Source: Octopus bimaculoides
Lineage: Eukaryota
DNA length: 64,000 nucleotides
Assembly: GCF_001194135.2 (NCBI RefSeq)
Contig: NC_068995.1
Location: 22,040,241 to 22,104,240, forward strand
Reading direction: 5' to 3'
This document shows positions 1-13,958 of this stretch, piece after piece. The notes beneath the pieces are model-generated. The model was not told the origin of the DNA and did not search any database. It worked only from the letters and a program-made list of their open reading frames with translations. How positions within the stretch are numbered: position 1 is the first letter of the stretch; each line of letters starts with the position of its first letter. A program made the translations under genes and the position numbers.

Positions 1-257
1 TATATATATATGCATCTATATGTACGTATCATGTATGTATGTATCTATGTATCTATGTATGTATGTAAGCTCGTCATACAGTTTTCTCACATTTTATTTA
101 ACATGCTCTGTTGCTTATTTATTCTTAACGTTTTTTTCTTACGTGTTAAAGATTGTTGTTGTAGCCACGAAACAATAACTATTCGTAAACCATTGGTGAA
201 AACTCTCGTGAATTAGGAAGGTAACGATATAATCTGTTATGTTCATGTGGGTCCTCT

Positions 258-276
258 TATATTATTATTATTATTA

Positions 277-350
<74 letters not shown>
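258..350. repeat. (TTA)n microsatellite; tail/target array of the adjacent Dong-like element
   Basis: Nearly pure TTA run abutting the element 3' end at 351. Confidence 0.95.
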
Positions 351-353
<3 letters not shown>

Positions 354-782
354 TAGTTTTATTTTTATAACGTGCTTTCACTTCACTACTGAGCGCAGCT
401 CTGGGTGCCTTGGGTATCTGCTGTGGTTTGCTGTGATGCTCTTATGATTACTGTATTGAAAGTGTTTTGCCTAGGATGTGTGCAGTGCCCAGTAGTGCAA
501 TTTCCTCTATGTTATATATATTTCTATGTCCTGATGTTTTTGTTATGTATTTGTGTGAATATTTATTTTATACCTAAGGCACCTACTATGATAGGAATTG
601 TTTCTGTTTTTAGATTCCACATTCGAGTTACCTCTATTTCCAGGTCTTTGTATTCTGAAAGTTTCTCCATTTCTTTTAAGGAAACGTTGTTATCTGCTGG
701 TATTGATGCATCAATTAGAAAGCATTTTTTTCCTTCATAATCTTTATCAACTATATCTGGTCTAATGGCCTTAATTTCTCTA
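351..782 (-). mobile_element. R4/Dong-like REL non-LTR retrotransposon, 5'-truncated copy (young family)
   Basis: The minus strand encodes the REL C-terminus (EIKAIRPDIV..KCFLIDASIPADNNVSLKEMEKLSEYKDLEIEV..IPIIVGALG). The 3'UTR ending TATAAAAATAAAACTACTG is nearly identical to the copies at 911, 31360-31459 and 34130-34235. It ends in (AAT)n. Confidence 0.9.
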
Positions 783-1274
<492 letters not shown>

Positions 1275-1281
<7 letters not shown>

Positions 1282-1292
1282 TTATTATTATT

Positions 1293-1323
<31 letters not shown>

Positions 1324-1337
1324 TGATCATCATCATG

Positions 1338-1372
<35 letters not shown>

Positions 1373-1415
1373 AATTATCATCATCAGTAGTAGTAGTAGT
1401 AGTAGTATGATCATG

Positions 1416-1474
<59 letters not shown>

Positions 1475-1480
1475 CATTAT
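1275..1480. repeat. Compound trinucleotide microsatellite (ATT/ATC/AGT/ATT)
   Basis: Read directly from the sequence. Confidence 0.95.
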
Positions 1481-1499
1481 TTTTTGCTTGGCTCAGGTT

Positions 1500-1550
1500 T
1501 GGTCTGATTCCTTGTGGGATTTATATCTGGCCTATTAGCCTTAATTTCTA
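1500..1550 (-). mobile_element. Short diverged Dong-like REL fragment
   Basis: The minus strand reads EIKANRPDI, matching the REL motif of the other copies. Confidence 0.5.
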
Positions 1551-1606
1551 TTAACACGACCATAAACTATCGGGTGTTAACAAGAACTTAAAATGCTTGT
1601 TTATGT

Positions 1607-1850
1607 GAAGGCGCCTGTCTTAGCGTTTAGGGTGTTAGGCTTATGATCGCAAGACTGTGGGTTCGACACATGGACCAGGTGGCGCGTGATTTTCTTGAGT
1701 AAAACACTTTATTTCATGTTGCCCCAGTCCACTCAGCTTGTAAAAGTGAGTAATCCTGCGACAGATCGGCGTTCCAGCCAGGTAGAGAATATATTCTGCA
1801 TGGAAACCGGGAATATCGATCCTATAAGCCTATATTACTCAAGAAAACTT
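1607..1850 (+). mobile_element. tRNA-derived SINE
   Basis: A-box-like GGCGCCTGTCTTAGCG and B-box-like GGGTTCGACAC. The body CTTGAGTAAAACACTTTATTTCATGTTGCCCCAGTCCACTCA is shared with the SINE at 53980. Confidence 0.75.
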
Positions 1851-2651
1851 CTTATGGTCAGCTTTCCTATATTTATTTCTGGAGACGCTCAGCAGAATTT
1901 TCTATATCTGAGTATACGTTGTGAAATAGTTTAAGATTATGCTACAAGACTTAATGCATATTCTTATATTCATGAAAGAGCTTATATTAAATAATTTATG
2001 CTAAACATTATGAGATGTATTATATAATATTACAGTGGTTCTGAGGACTAACCGAATCAAAAAACCAGTATAAATTACGAAATTATACTTATCAGACCCG
2101 TTCAAAATGAAGGAATTCTTCATGTACTTGATATTGCATATATAAGGAGAAAGTTTGAAATTCTTAAGCGAGTTACTTCTTGATGAATGCTTTTTGATCC
2201 AAAATATTAAGCTGAATATGTGTCACTAAATTCTTACAGTCCTGTTGGAGGACATTATCTTTATATTGATATTAAGTCATCGATATTTTCATGGTTTTTG
2301 TTCTCGTGTTAAATGCTAGGAGTGAACAACTCGTTATCTGTGCTATATAACAAGGAGGCTATTTGCTTCGCCAAGGCGGCTATTTGCTTCGAGGGAATTA
2401 GAAAATAGTTGAGAAGAGGGGAAAGAGCTTAGGGTCATTAAGACTCACCTGCTCTATTTCCTCACTTAACACTGACCTGTTGTTAAGATTGTAGCAAATT
2501 GTAGGTTTGATATTTTCAAGTAGATTTATTGAAAATTACTACTGTGTATGTGTGTCTGTGTGTGTGCTTGCGTGTGTGCTTGCGTGTGTGTATGTGTGTG
2601 TAGGTGTGCATGTGTGTGCGTGCGTGTGTGTGTGTGTGTGTATGTGTGTGT

Positions 2652-2692
<41 letters not shown>

Positions 2693-4816
2693 CATTCACC
2701 AAAATTACGATTAACTTGTTAGCAATAATCTTACAAACTGAAGATGGTAATGATGACATTTCCTCTGGTTCTTAGATTAGGAGCACACTGCATAACGTTT
2801 GCTTTGCTAGATTTAGTTCCAATTTCATATATCTTATTCGGAATGCTGTCAGGTCAAAAGCTTTATATTATCTAAGGTACTGAGTAGGTTTCGAGGTGCG
2901 GCTAAGCTGTTGATGATGGGCTTTTCTATGCTGTTATTCAGAAAGTTTTTCCTCACTCACCATTGCATGTATATTCTTTTCACTACTTTTTAAGTTTCTT
3001 CCGTTGGTATCGTTTGTGTAATCTTTCCATTTGACGAACGTAGAACTGTTTACGTTCGAAACCCACCTTCATTTTGTTGCACGAAAGAAATGTCTTACAA
3101 GTCCACAGTTTTCCGAATGTCAAGGAATCTATTTGTTTTGGGTAACATGTTCCATTTTGTGGTCATTAATCTTGAGATATAATGAATACTCACCTAGAAT
3201 GATACCTTCAGATGCTTAAAAGTTGCTTAATTTTAGTCTTGTACCCGTCTATATTTGTTTGCTTTTTATTCGCACTCAAAGTAAAGGACACAAAATGGGC
3301 ATCAAAGATCTGTGCTTTTAGTAAACACCATGCATTTTAAGTAGTGTCTGATTGTCCCATGCTGAAGAGAGTTCTTCATAGAGACATAATGGTAGACCCG
3401 AATGAAAATTAGTGCTGATTTTCTTTTCGTGTCATTTTGCTACCTGCATCTATTTGGATCAATTTAGAAGCCATGATATAATGTATTAGCCTTATGTTTT
3501 GTTACGACATGTTGCTAAATCCGCTTGATTTTCAAAATATGCGATGTTGAACTACAAGACATATAGCTCAAATTTTGTTCAGAACAGATACTATTTGAAT
3601 TTCCTAAGTATTGTTTTTCCATGGCATCATCCAGGAATTCGAATGGGTGCCCATTCAAGCACCGAGGCTGTTCAGCAAGGAGATTATATCATGTGTTATC
3701 TTAATGGATAGGACTCAGTGTAACATAACATATAATTTCCCATGAATTTTGAGTCTGCATTATGTTTGGGTGGACAAGGTTGCGAATCACAAGAATATTT
3801 TAAATAAATGCAATCGCATTATTTTTCCTGTTCTGCATCAGCGTATTTTCTTCATTAATAGACAAAATGTGATTCGTAGAGACCACAAAATTCCAAGTTC
3901 ATTACAATATCATGAATGCGATTAAGGATGATTTGACTTCTCAATTACGAACGAGAATTTTGAGATCCAAGGGCAGAATCAGCCTAATATTGTGTGACTA
4001 TCCAATTTCATTTGCAAAGCTACACAAGAAAAATTGTCCAACATACTAGCAATGAAGTTAAACACGCGAGAGAATGAAAATGGAATGAGCAACTGAATAA
4101 CTCAGTCGTACCAGAATAATTTACTGACACCAGCATTCACCCCACCAGAGACACGCTTAAGCACGTGCATAAAAATGACACACAACAATACTTTCGTTTC
4201 CTACATTCAATTAAGTGATGTATAAGTGTATGTAAGCATATACGGGCGCGGTGTGTATACATACATATTTGTGTGTGTGCGTGTGTGTGTAAATACATAC
4301 TTACTTACATACAAGTACACAAAAGTGTACGTACATACTATACGCATGTATTTCATTAGTGTGACTGTGTACGCAAATGTCTGTATGTAAGTATGTGTGT
4401 AACGAGCTTGCATTATGTGTGAAGTATTCAGAAATTCATTAAAGACTCATCGTTACATTATATAATCTACTGTCCAGTTCAGAAACACTAAGTACAAGTT
4501 ATGTTAAATACTCCTTTAAAAGGTTTTCCTCTACTGTATTAGCTCCATATGCTGCATTCAGTATAAAATAATAGAGTTTTATGAAAAATAAACGCACTTA
4601 ATTGTGATTGACTGTATTTTGTTCCTTTCCTAAATCAAGTCGACAAGCAAATTTCTAAGCGGGATAATTAAATTTACGAAACACGTTCGCATAGACACAC
4701 ATACAAACAAGCAAATGTGTGTGATTGTGCTTTTGTGCGTGTGCGTGCGAACTAGTCTGTGTACGTAGTACGTACTTACATACAAACATGCATACACTCG
4801 TACACATATATGTGTG

Positions 4817-4856
<40 letters not shown>

Positions 4857-4879
4857 GCATGTATATGTATATATATATG

Positions 4880-4921
<42 letters not shown>

Positions 4922-4967
4922 GCATGTATANNNNNNNNNNNNNNNNNNNNNNNNNNNNNNNNNNNNN

Positions 4968-5014
<47 letters not shown>

Positions 5015-6671
5015 GTATATGTTCATGTATGTATACATGTATTCATGCATGTATGTCTTCATGCGTATATGTTTTTATGTAGACATTTATATAATCTATA
5101 TGTGTACATGCATATATGCACACATTTATATATGTATATATCCATTTATAAATATACGCGTGCACACACACACACACAAACATACAGAAGGACACACTCA
5201 CGCACATACCTGTACTTGCTCATGTCTGTGTGATTGTGTGTACGTGCTTGATTGTGCACTTGATGGAGCGACTCTATGTTATTCATGTTATTTTTTAATT
5301 ATCGATCGAATTCTTCCTGTCCACTCTGTATTATTAATGTTTAGGAACCCGTTTTCCTTATTGATTAGTATTTGTTACGCTTAGTAAGGTGTATAATTCG
5401 TTTAAATCTGATGTTATCCAAAATATAAGAACAGATTTATAAAATATTGACCTCAGCATGGAACAGAGACAACTTATTTCATTTCCAATGTTGCTCCCTT
5501 CTTTAACAGTACATTCTTATATGTATATTTTATATCAATATATATTTGTGTATTTTTTTCGTTTTTATCAATACTATGAACATCTTGAAGGTCGCCTTAT
5601 CTCTGTTATTGTCATTGTTGTTGATGGTATTATTGTATATTTACGTATATGTTTATGCTTGCGTTCTCCAGAACATGACAACTTGATTCGGTGAACGAAA
5701 TATGTATCGTTTACCTAGAGCATTCAGAAGAATCCAACGTGAATCAATTGTACTCAACCCAATAAAGTGCCCTCACATGTTTGTTGCAGTAATGTACTCC
5801 ACTGTATAAGTATGAAGAATCTTACTCTATAATGATATTTGAATATAAACTCAAGCAACGTAAAGTTGGTTTTGCGGTACAGAAACAAATGTTGTGAACT
5901 ACGATACAAAGAGATAACCCACTAATTATTTCTCAAGTTCATTTGCTAGTTCACTCGTTTGCCTATGGACTACAAGCTTCACTCTGCAAAATGGTACGAT
6001 TCTAATATACTGAGCCTTCTGAATTCATCTCGAGGCCCTGTTCTTTCCTCTTTCCTCTTCCCTCTTCCCTTCTTTTATTTTGTATTAACTCTGATGAAGC
6101 TCCCTGTACGAGATCGAATGTGCTATAAAGATGAGGAATATTATTTTTGGAATTTTCCTTGTAAGCACCGACTGGCATTGGCAATCGAAACGGCCGTAAG
6201 AAATGTCATGTTATGTTTTATATTAAAATATAATTAACTGATGTTGATTAATTTGTTTGTTTGTTGATCAAAAGTTTTCTCCAGAAGAAGAAAACAACAA
6301 CAACGACAAAAACAACGACATCGAAAAATTCCTTAGGAATGAGAACCCAGGTTCGAAATTTCCCCAAGACACCTGATGAAGGCTGGAGGCTATATCAGCC
6401 GAAAGGATGAAGACAAATATCTGTTAAATGTAAATAATGTAAATTATGTATGTATATATATANNNNNNNNNNNNNNNNNNNNNNNNNNNNNNNNNNNNNN
6501 NNNNNNNNNNNNNNNNNNNNNNNNNNNNNNNNNNNNNNNNNNNNNNNNNNNNNNNNNNNNNNNNNNNNNNNNNNNNNNNNNNNNNNNNNNNNNNNNNNNN
6601 NNNNNNNNNNNNNNNNNNNNNNNNNNNNNNNNNNNNNNNNNNNNNNNNNNNNNNNNNNNNNNNNNNNNNNN

Positions 6672-6719
<48 letters not shown>

Positions 6720-6780
6720 TTAGATACGACGGCCCGCTTTCCTTTTCCGTCGACCATATCGACTCACAATGCTTTAGTAG

Positions 6781-6878
6781 AAGACACTAGCATGAGGTGA
6801 CACGCAGTGGAACTTAACCCGGGACCATATAGTTGGTTGGGAAGCAAGTTTCTTACCACACAGCCGGTCCTGCGCCTA
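6781..6878 (-). mobile_element. SINE 5' head fragment (same family as 23706 and 54302)
   Basis: The reverse complement gives AGGCGCAGGACCGGCTGTGTGGTAAGAAACTTGCTTCCCAACCA..GGTCCCGGGTTAAGTTCCACTGCGTG, matching 54302-54420. Confidence 0.8.
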
Positions 6879-7099
6879 TATATATGTTTCCTGAAAAAGC
6901 TATCTAGGGATTCGAAATTTTTAATAAACGTTCCCACAAAATTTCGTAAAATATGCGCACATACCAGCAAATATATATACACATATATGCAAGGAGGATA
7001 TAAGAATAAGTTGACTTAAGAAATTTTCGCCCATTTATAAATATTTTGATAAATTCAGATAATATATTATAAAGTACCCACCCTAGGAGCTGAAAAGAA

Positions 7100-7650
7100 G
7101 AAATATAAATAAATACCCTGCAAAAAACACATCCCTAATCACAAAGGTTAATGTTTCTAAACAGTAACTAAATAATTCACAGAACAATGATCCCCTAGAA
7201 GCAAGTATACTGACCAATATCATTTACACCTACCTACATTTTCTTGTGAACATTATAATATTCGGTTAACAAATTTCCCAAACTAATAAGTGATAACCAA
7301 CACCCTCCCAATACAAGCAGTTAGAAAACCCTGAATAGTAGCAGCCTGCTGAAAAACTTTAGCTAAATTCCTTTGTGAATCATTAAAAACCAATTACCTA
7401 AAAGCTGACGTATCTAGTATACACACCTTATTATGTAGGTAAACATTCTGGACTGAATTACGAGATCCAACTCCCACATTCACAAAACAATCGGCTAAAT
7501 ATCACATTATCATCCGAATAAAACTAACAAGTAAACCGATTTATAAATCTAATGACCAACAATCTAACTACATTCCCTTATGAATTCCTATGACACACCT
7601 AAATATACATACCTGATTACAATGTTCTACTTGCAGGAATGAATGATAAA
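7100..7650 (+). mobile_element. Possible highly decayed Penelope-type RT remnant
   Basis: Only KADVSSIHT (resembling DVxSLYT) and EKLAKFLCESLK-like pieces, across frameshifts. Confidence 0.25.
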
Positions 7651-8837
7651 CAATAACACGATCGAAAGTCTAATGAATAAATATTCCTCATAGCACATTG
7701 CCATGACAATCTGCTATAATTAGCATTCAACAGAACTCAGCTTACTTTTGAAAATGCTTCACAGTGCAATGATAGCTTTTACGAAATAGAATGAACATAT
7801 CATATACGAGTATCCAAGTATCACACCCATTCGCATAAGCACACACCGAAACGTCGAAGTCACTTTCAATACTATTCTTGTTAAGAGATAACATATATTT
7901 ACAATGCCAAACGTATTGAGTAATCATTCAATTTAATGTATAATTATTTGTATTATAACATAAAACAAATACTAATTACATATATGTTTATATGTGTGTT
8001 TGTGTATGGGAGTGATATTTGGATACTCGTTATGATACGTTTATACTATTTCGTGAAAGCTTTTCTCACTGCCCACTCTCTCTAACAATCTCCCCTAGCC
8101 TTGTGTTTAAAACCTTTGTTATTCTGCAAGTTTGGGCTCAACCATGTTGTTGCGCGTAGATAATCTACTTGGTACATCACCTCTTATTTTTGGATTCCTG
8201 TCAACCTGTACTTGTATCGTTTCATTCGATCTCATGTTGATTCAAGTATTTGAATACATTAAAAAAATAGTGAAGTGGGTATAAATTGCACAGTGCAATA
8301 TTATAGAAACGTGTGAGGAGATAATGTAATAAGAATAAACCACAGAGTGCAAAATTGTTGTCTTATCTGAGAATGGATTCATAGAGACAGTGAAATATAC
8401 GTTATTTTGAATAAATAATGCTGAATTCGAACAACTATTTAAAGATATTAGATTCTTTTATACATTGTATCAAAAATAAAATAAATAATTCACACTTTGC
8501 CTACGAAAACACCTTCACTTCTTGTCCTCAAAACATTTTTTTAGATGTAAATAAACATTTTAATTAAAATGTCTTCCGAAATAAAGAAAAATGAGAATAA
8601 TATTCAAATGACAAAATGTTAGCAGGAGCGATAAAAGGGAATATATTAAGTACAACAAATGTAACAAATTTGAATAACTTCCTTCTGTTACGTCCAAACG
8701 CATTTTGTTTCCAGGGCGCCTAGGAAAGTAAAAGCGTTTACCTTGTCAAAAGTGATTGAGAAAGCGAAATTTCTAGAAAATTAAATCACAAAAGCATTGT
8801 TTGTCTTGTAGTAGAAAATATGATGGAAAGAATTTAA

Positions 8838-9054
8838 TCCTTTCGTTACCAACCCGACCAAAACCGGCTCTGGCTCTGTAGTACAACTATCTTGTTTTCA
8901 TAAGTTTTGAATTAAAATATTTCCCGAAACCTTAGTCACAATTTATATTCCTAACTCTAGCTTAATGGTAATTAAGTTATTTTACTAAATTTTTGTTATA
9001 TTTAATATAATTGAAACAAACAGAGCATCTCAAAATAAGTACAGTAAAGAAGGA
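8838..9054. mobile_element. piggyBac-like MITE (~217 bp)
   Basis: TTAA at 8834-8837 is followed by TCCTTTCGTTAC. The right end GTAAAGAAGGA is an imperfect inverted copy. The right TTAA is absent. Confidence 0.55.
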
Positions 9055-9129
9055 CACCAATTTTTGTAGTGCTGATTTGGTAACAGAGGCTGAGATGTGG
9101 ACGTATGATTATATTAGGAATACAAGGCA

Positions 9130-9236
9130 ATAGTAAGCAACTTCAAAATAGTAAGCAACCCTTCAAGGTGATGCTCCCATATGTCTATATTTCAATGACC
9201 AAACAAGTAAAAGATAATGCACAAAAGATACATACG
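9130..9236 (+). mobile_element. SINE 3' tail fragment
   Basis: CCCTTCAAGGTGATGCTCC..CAAATGAC..AAACAAGTAAAAGATAA resembles the tail at 24028-24089. Confidence 0.55.
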
Positions 9237-9344
9237 AGTTTTTTCTCTCTCTCTCTCTCACACACACACATATACACACCCGCACATACACACACACATA
9301 TGCATTTATATACACACGTATATATACACATACGCACACAAACA

Positions 9345-10150
9345 TACGCAGGAATACTGAAAGTAATGCAATTTTGGAGATAAATTTTAACTGACGCGGT
9401 TCGTTTGAATTGTACCTGTTGTTAGAATAACACATTCTGTACAGTAACAGCGTTCTCGTTAATATCAGGTAAATAATATGCTCCAGGCGAAGCAACGTAA
9501 CAGCTTTGATGAACGAGAATAGCATACTGTCCTACATATTCACAAAATCGCAGATTGCTTACGAGAACAACACCACTGATGAGGTTTATGTGCACAGGCG
9601 GAAGTAGAATTATACAGAATGGGAACCTAACACTGAAAAACAGAAGTCTGACCAACAATGAAGGAATTGTTACCTATGGACGGAAAAGACACAAACTATA
9701 AGCTTCCTGATCAATTTGACTGATCACAATGCTTTACGCAAAATGGTGGAAAAATTTACATAGAGAGGCTTTGAGCAAAATGGGTACTTTGGCAATTGAC
9801 ACCCGGATTGAAGGAAATATGAAAGCCTACTCCATTTCTCTTTGAACCGTTTGAAGTCAAAGAAGATACCAATTTTTCTACTGCTGATTTGGTAAAAGAA
9901 GCCGAGATGTGGACGTATGATTATATTGGGGATACAAAGGAACACTTCATGAAATGACGTCACATCACTTCGCCAAAGCCTATGTAGTTCAAGGGATACT
10001 AATTGGCATTGGAAGTCAAAATGATTATATTAATGTAAGCCTCATTATACTAGATTTTCTGGAACATGGCTGTATCATGAAAAATGAGCGGTATATTGAG
10101 ACACTCGAAAGTCCTAGAGAAAGATATACGAGTAGAAGACCGAACAGAAG
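9345..10150 (+). mobile_element. Decayed mariner (DD34D-type) transposon, 5' two-thirds
   Basis: TIR-like TACGCAGGAATACTGAAAGTAATGCA. Translated pieces are AEMWTYDY..TKEHFMK*RHITSP (resembling DETWVHYY..TKxQSMEWRH) and IILDFLEHGCIMKNERYIETL. Confidence 0.75.
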
Positions 10151-10256
10151 TGGTCGGGCTCAAACGCAGACACCAACAAATAAACACACAAACCCACACG
10201 CGTACACACATATCCATCTACATGCACATATATAGTTATATCTGTATCATGTCATG

Positions 10257-10297
<41 letters not shown>

Positions 10298-10784
10298 TGC
10301 ATGTCCATACACACACATATGTATATGTTTGTGTGTTCTTGTCTTTACGCTTGTATGCATGATGTGCTATGGATACACACATAAGGATATATATGAATAT
10401 ATACACCGTTCGTGCTCACACAAACATATATATATATATATATATATATTCATACATACATACATATATGTATATACATTTGTTTGTACGTATATGCATA
10501 TATGTATACACATGTATAAAAATATACATACACACACAGACACGCACTCATTCGCACATATATAAATCCGGAATTACGTATGAATCTGATTAAATGAAGC
10601 TGTAGAAAATATGCCTGGTTTGAATTGCATAACTCGGTCATATTCTTCAACGGAATGGTTTAAATTGATTTAATTAAAGTCTTTCAGACTTTTGTTTTAT
10701 ATATATGTGTGTATGTGTTTTTGTGTTCGTGTATGCGCGTGTGAGTGGATGTGTGTGTGTGTGTGCATGTTGATGTACGTGTGT

Positions 10785-10837
<53 letters not shown>

Positions 10838-13626
10838 TATGTATTTTTGTGTGTGATAGTATGTGCTTATATATGCTCTGTGATTTTTGTTAGTATTGAT
10901 ATCAGTAAAATAAACTCTAAGCTTAATATTCGAGTTCTATTTCCATCTTGCTTTCTTGGCGTATAATGAGCCATATTGAGTCCTACATAGCGAATATGTA
11001 TTGTACAATTTAAAATATAATATGGAATTTATATCTCTAAGTCTGACTCTTTCTCGCTGTCACTAACTATACATACGCAGTCAACACGCACACTCAATCA
11101 TGTATAAGAGCATGATATTTTTCTTATCCTGTATTACATAATTCAATGCAGGAGTATTGCATATATACCAATATAGTTTGAAAATACATAATGCTGTAAA
11201 ATAGAGAACGATATCGTATTTTTGCGTCTGTAGTTATTAAGTATTATACATTTCAAAGAAAATTGATATATTGTAGCTACATTAGTGTATGTTTATGGAG
11301 AAGTACCTTTATCTTCTTTATAAAGCGATAAGAAATCAGCAACACTAATTGAATACAAAAAAACAAAAGAAAATTAATAACAAAAAAATACTGATTAATA
11401 TTCCTCAATTTTTTGTGTGCTTTTGCAAAATGTATGCGTACCAACCATAATATATTGCAGCATATTTTACCGTTATTTCTATGCAGATCTACGACGTACA
11501 ATATATTTTCATACGTTTCCTGTGAATACGAGACTATGGAATGTATTTATCTATAATACATGAAGTTATCTGCTGTTTTCACTTAAACCAAGAAATATAT
11601 TTTTCTACAAATGTGTTCACACATTGCAATGTACGGCTATACACATATATTTATGTATAATTTGGCTTTGAATATGGATTATGTGTAGTTGTACTTGGCT
11701 TTGATCTAGATATGTAAATTAAGTAACTTACAAAATTGAACACAAAAAAAACATTACTCTTACCGCATATGATTTGTACGCGTAGAAGATTATTTGACCG
11801 ATAAGAAGAGAAAAAGTTACTGTATTCCTTGTGCTTCCCTTCATTACTGTACGTAATTGAGAAAACTTCCATTTTCTGAGGTTATTTGCAATAAAATATA
11901 TTCAATCATTCATGTCTAAACGACTATGCATATACAATTTGAGGTTTTGCACCTATTTTATAAACCAGAGTACTCCGGGCACACACCGAATCATACTTTC
12001 TTTTATTTTGTATAATGCCTACAACACAACTTTTCATAAGCAGACTAAATTAAATTTGTCTAGTAAGCATAACAAAAATCGCAAATATACACATAGCTAT
12101 TTCAGTATCCTTCGCCTAAGACGAATTTAAATTAGTATATTTTACAGTTCATGTATTTATTTATTTTTTGTAGGTATTAACACAATTATTCAAATAACAT
12201 CTTCCCTAGTGAAAAAATCGTTACTAATTCTTGCCATCATAAGTTTATTTCAACGGATATGATGGGAGGACGATATAAATCATGCCAAATCCTTGTGTCT
12301 TTTAAGGTTCCAAATGATATAAGATTCCAAATTCGTTTAAAGTGACTAAATATCCACTCGGAGTATATTTCGCATTGAATAGGTTTATAACTATTATTCA
12401 CTGCAGAGACCCAGAAACATTTAATGGTAAAAATGCAACTTTTACAGTGAAACAATATCAAAAATATGAGCAATATTTCATTTAGTAACCAATTCAATTA
12501 ATATATAATACTAAATTAATATGCTCGTAAATAGCGAGTAAAGTTAGTTATATTATGATAACTGAAGAACAAAATATATCCAACAATTTAATGTCAGAGA
12601 TTTGTTTACTCTGAGCCACGACCGTCAATCATTTGCATTAATGTGATTTGCAACTGCATATTTTATGATGTCACGAATGAATACATAAAATGAATAGCGA
12701 ATGAAGTGTCCTATAACGAATGAATGCATAAAAATAAGGAAAAAAATATCTAAATCTAGACAAACCAGAAGAGGTAAGATGAGATTTTAGTGCAGTGATT
12801 TCCTGACATATCTATAGGTGCGAAGAAGAAATATTCCAGATTTTGTAAAAAACACAAATAACAGTAGTGAGCAAATGAAAATCTTCAAGGATTCGTATGC
12901 CGATACGGGAATATTCACCTGGTTACATTTTATTGTCTAAGCTAGAGAAGAATCAAGTGCTATCAAACACTGAAGTAGATAGTGAAGTTTGAGTATAGTT
13001 TCCTTGACAGTTATATATGTTTATCTGCATTTTCTTAACTGCAAAACAATTATTCTTTTAAAATAGTTGCAATGCTAACGCAAGAGAAATGTACTAGCAG
13101 AAATCTCTAAAAGCATAGTAATATAGGTATATATATGTAACTATTTACATATGTAAGGATGTATGTACATACACAAACATATATGTGTGTGTGTGTGTGC
13201 ATACATATAGATATATTTATGCACATATGTATTATGTGTGTATTTATGGGAGTCTCCGTGCGGATTAATATACATATTCATATATATATATATATATATA
13301 TATANNNNNNNNNNNNNNNNNNNNNNNNNNNNNNNNNNNNNNNNNNNNNNNNNNNNNNNNNNNNNNNNNNNNNNNNNNNNNNNNNNNNNNNNNNNNNNNN
13401 NNNNNNNNNNNNNNNNNNNNNNNNNNNNNNNNNNNNNNNNNNNNNNNNNNNNNNNNNNNNNNNNNNNNNNNNNNNNNNNNNNNNNNNNNNNNNNNNNNNN
13501 NNNNNNNNNNNNNNNNNNNNNNNNNNNNNNNNNNNNNNNNNNNNNNNNNNNNNNNNNNNNNNNNNNNNNNNNNNNNNNNNNNNNNNNNNNNNNNNNNNNN
13601 NNNNATATATATATATATATATATAG

Positions 13627-13958
13627 CGGAGGGCTTAGCTGATAACGGTGGACTTTTCCTGTATTAGATTCCATGTTGTTGTCTTCGGCCCGTTTATATA
13701 TAACTTTTTGGCCTTTTTGTAGAATTTATCATCCACAGGTTCCTTGACTGCTCTTACTACTTTTCGTGTCATCAGCAAAATTAGTAAGTGTGGCTGTCTG
13801 TGCAGGTGATAGTATATCCGAAAGAGCTACCATAAACTGCAGCGGCCTCATGACAGTTCCTTGAAACACTCCACTCGTTATTGCTGTTTCCTTGGAGAGG
13901 GCAGCGTTGGCTTACACAGCCTGGTTTTTGTCTTTTAAGAAGACATATTCTGCATGAA
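13627..13958 (-). mobile_element. CR1/L2-type LINE reverse transcriptase fragment
   Basis: The minus strand reads FLKDKNQAV*ANAALSKETAITSGVFQGTVMRPLQFMVALSDI..LTNFADDTK..IYKRAEDNNME (resembling SGVPQGTVLGPLLF..FADDTK..IYKWAEDNNM). Confidence 0.85.

Noticed and set aside
1607-1680. tRNA gene at the A/B-box-like motifs
   Set aside because: There is no complete cloverleaf, and the sequence continues into a SINE body seen elsewhere in the window.
3194-3214. Strong minus-strand donor AG|GTGAGT with a possible 21-nt exon
   Set aside because: The acceptor is weak and longer frames contain stops.
4725-5384. Long ORFs rich in IY/CV/TH repeats and X runs, here and at 13141, 17402, 20702, 23268, 42851, 45243 and 52846
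   Set aside because: They are translations of dinucleotide microsatellites and N-gaps, which lack stop codons.
6090-6125. CTGATGAAGCTC..GAGATCGAAT hammerhead-like text
   Set aside because: GAAA and stem pairing are broken; at most it is an eroded PLE terminus.
13758-13778. CTGATGACACGAAA on the minus strand looked like a minimal hammerhead core
   Set aside because: It is the coding sequence of the RT motif FADDTK in the CR1 fragment, and no stems I or III can be formed.
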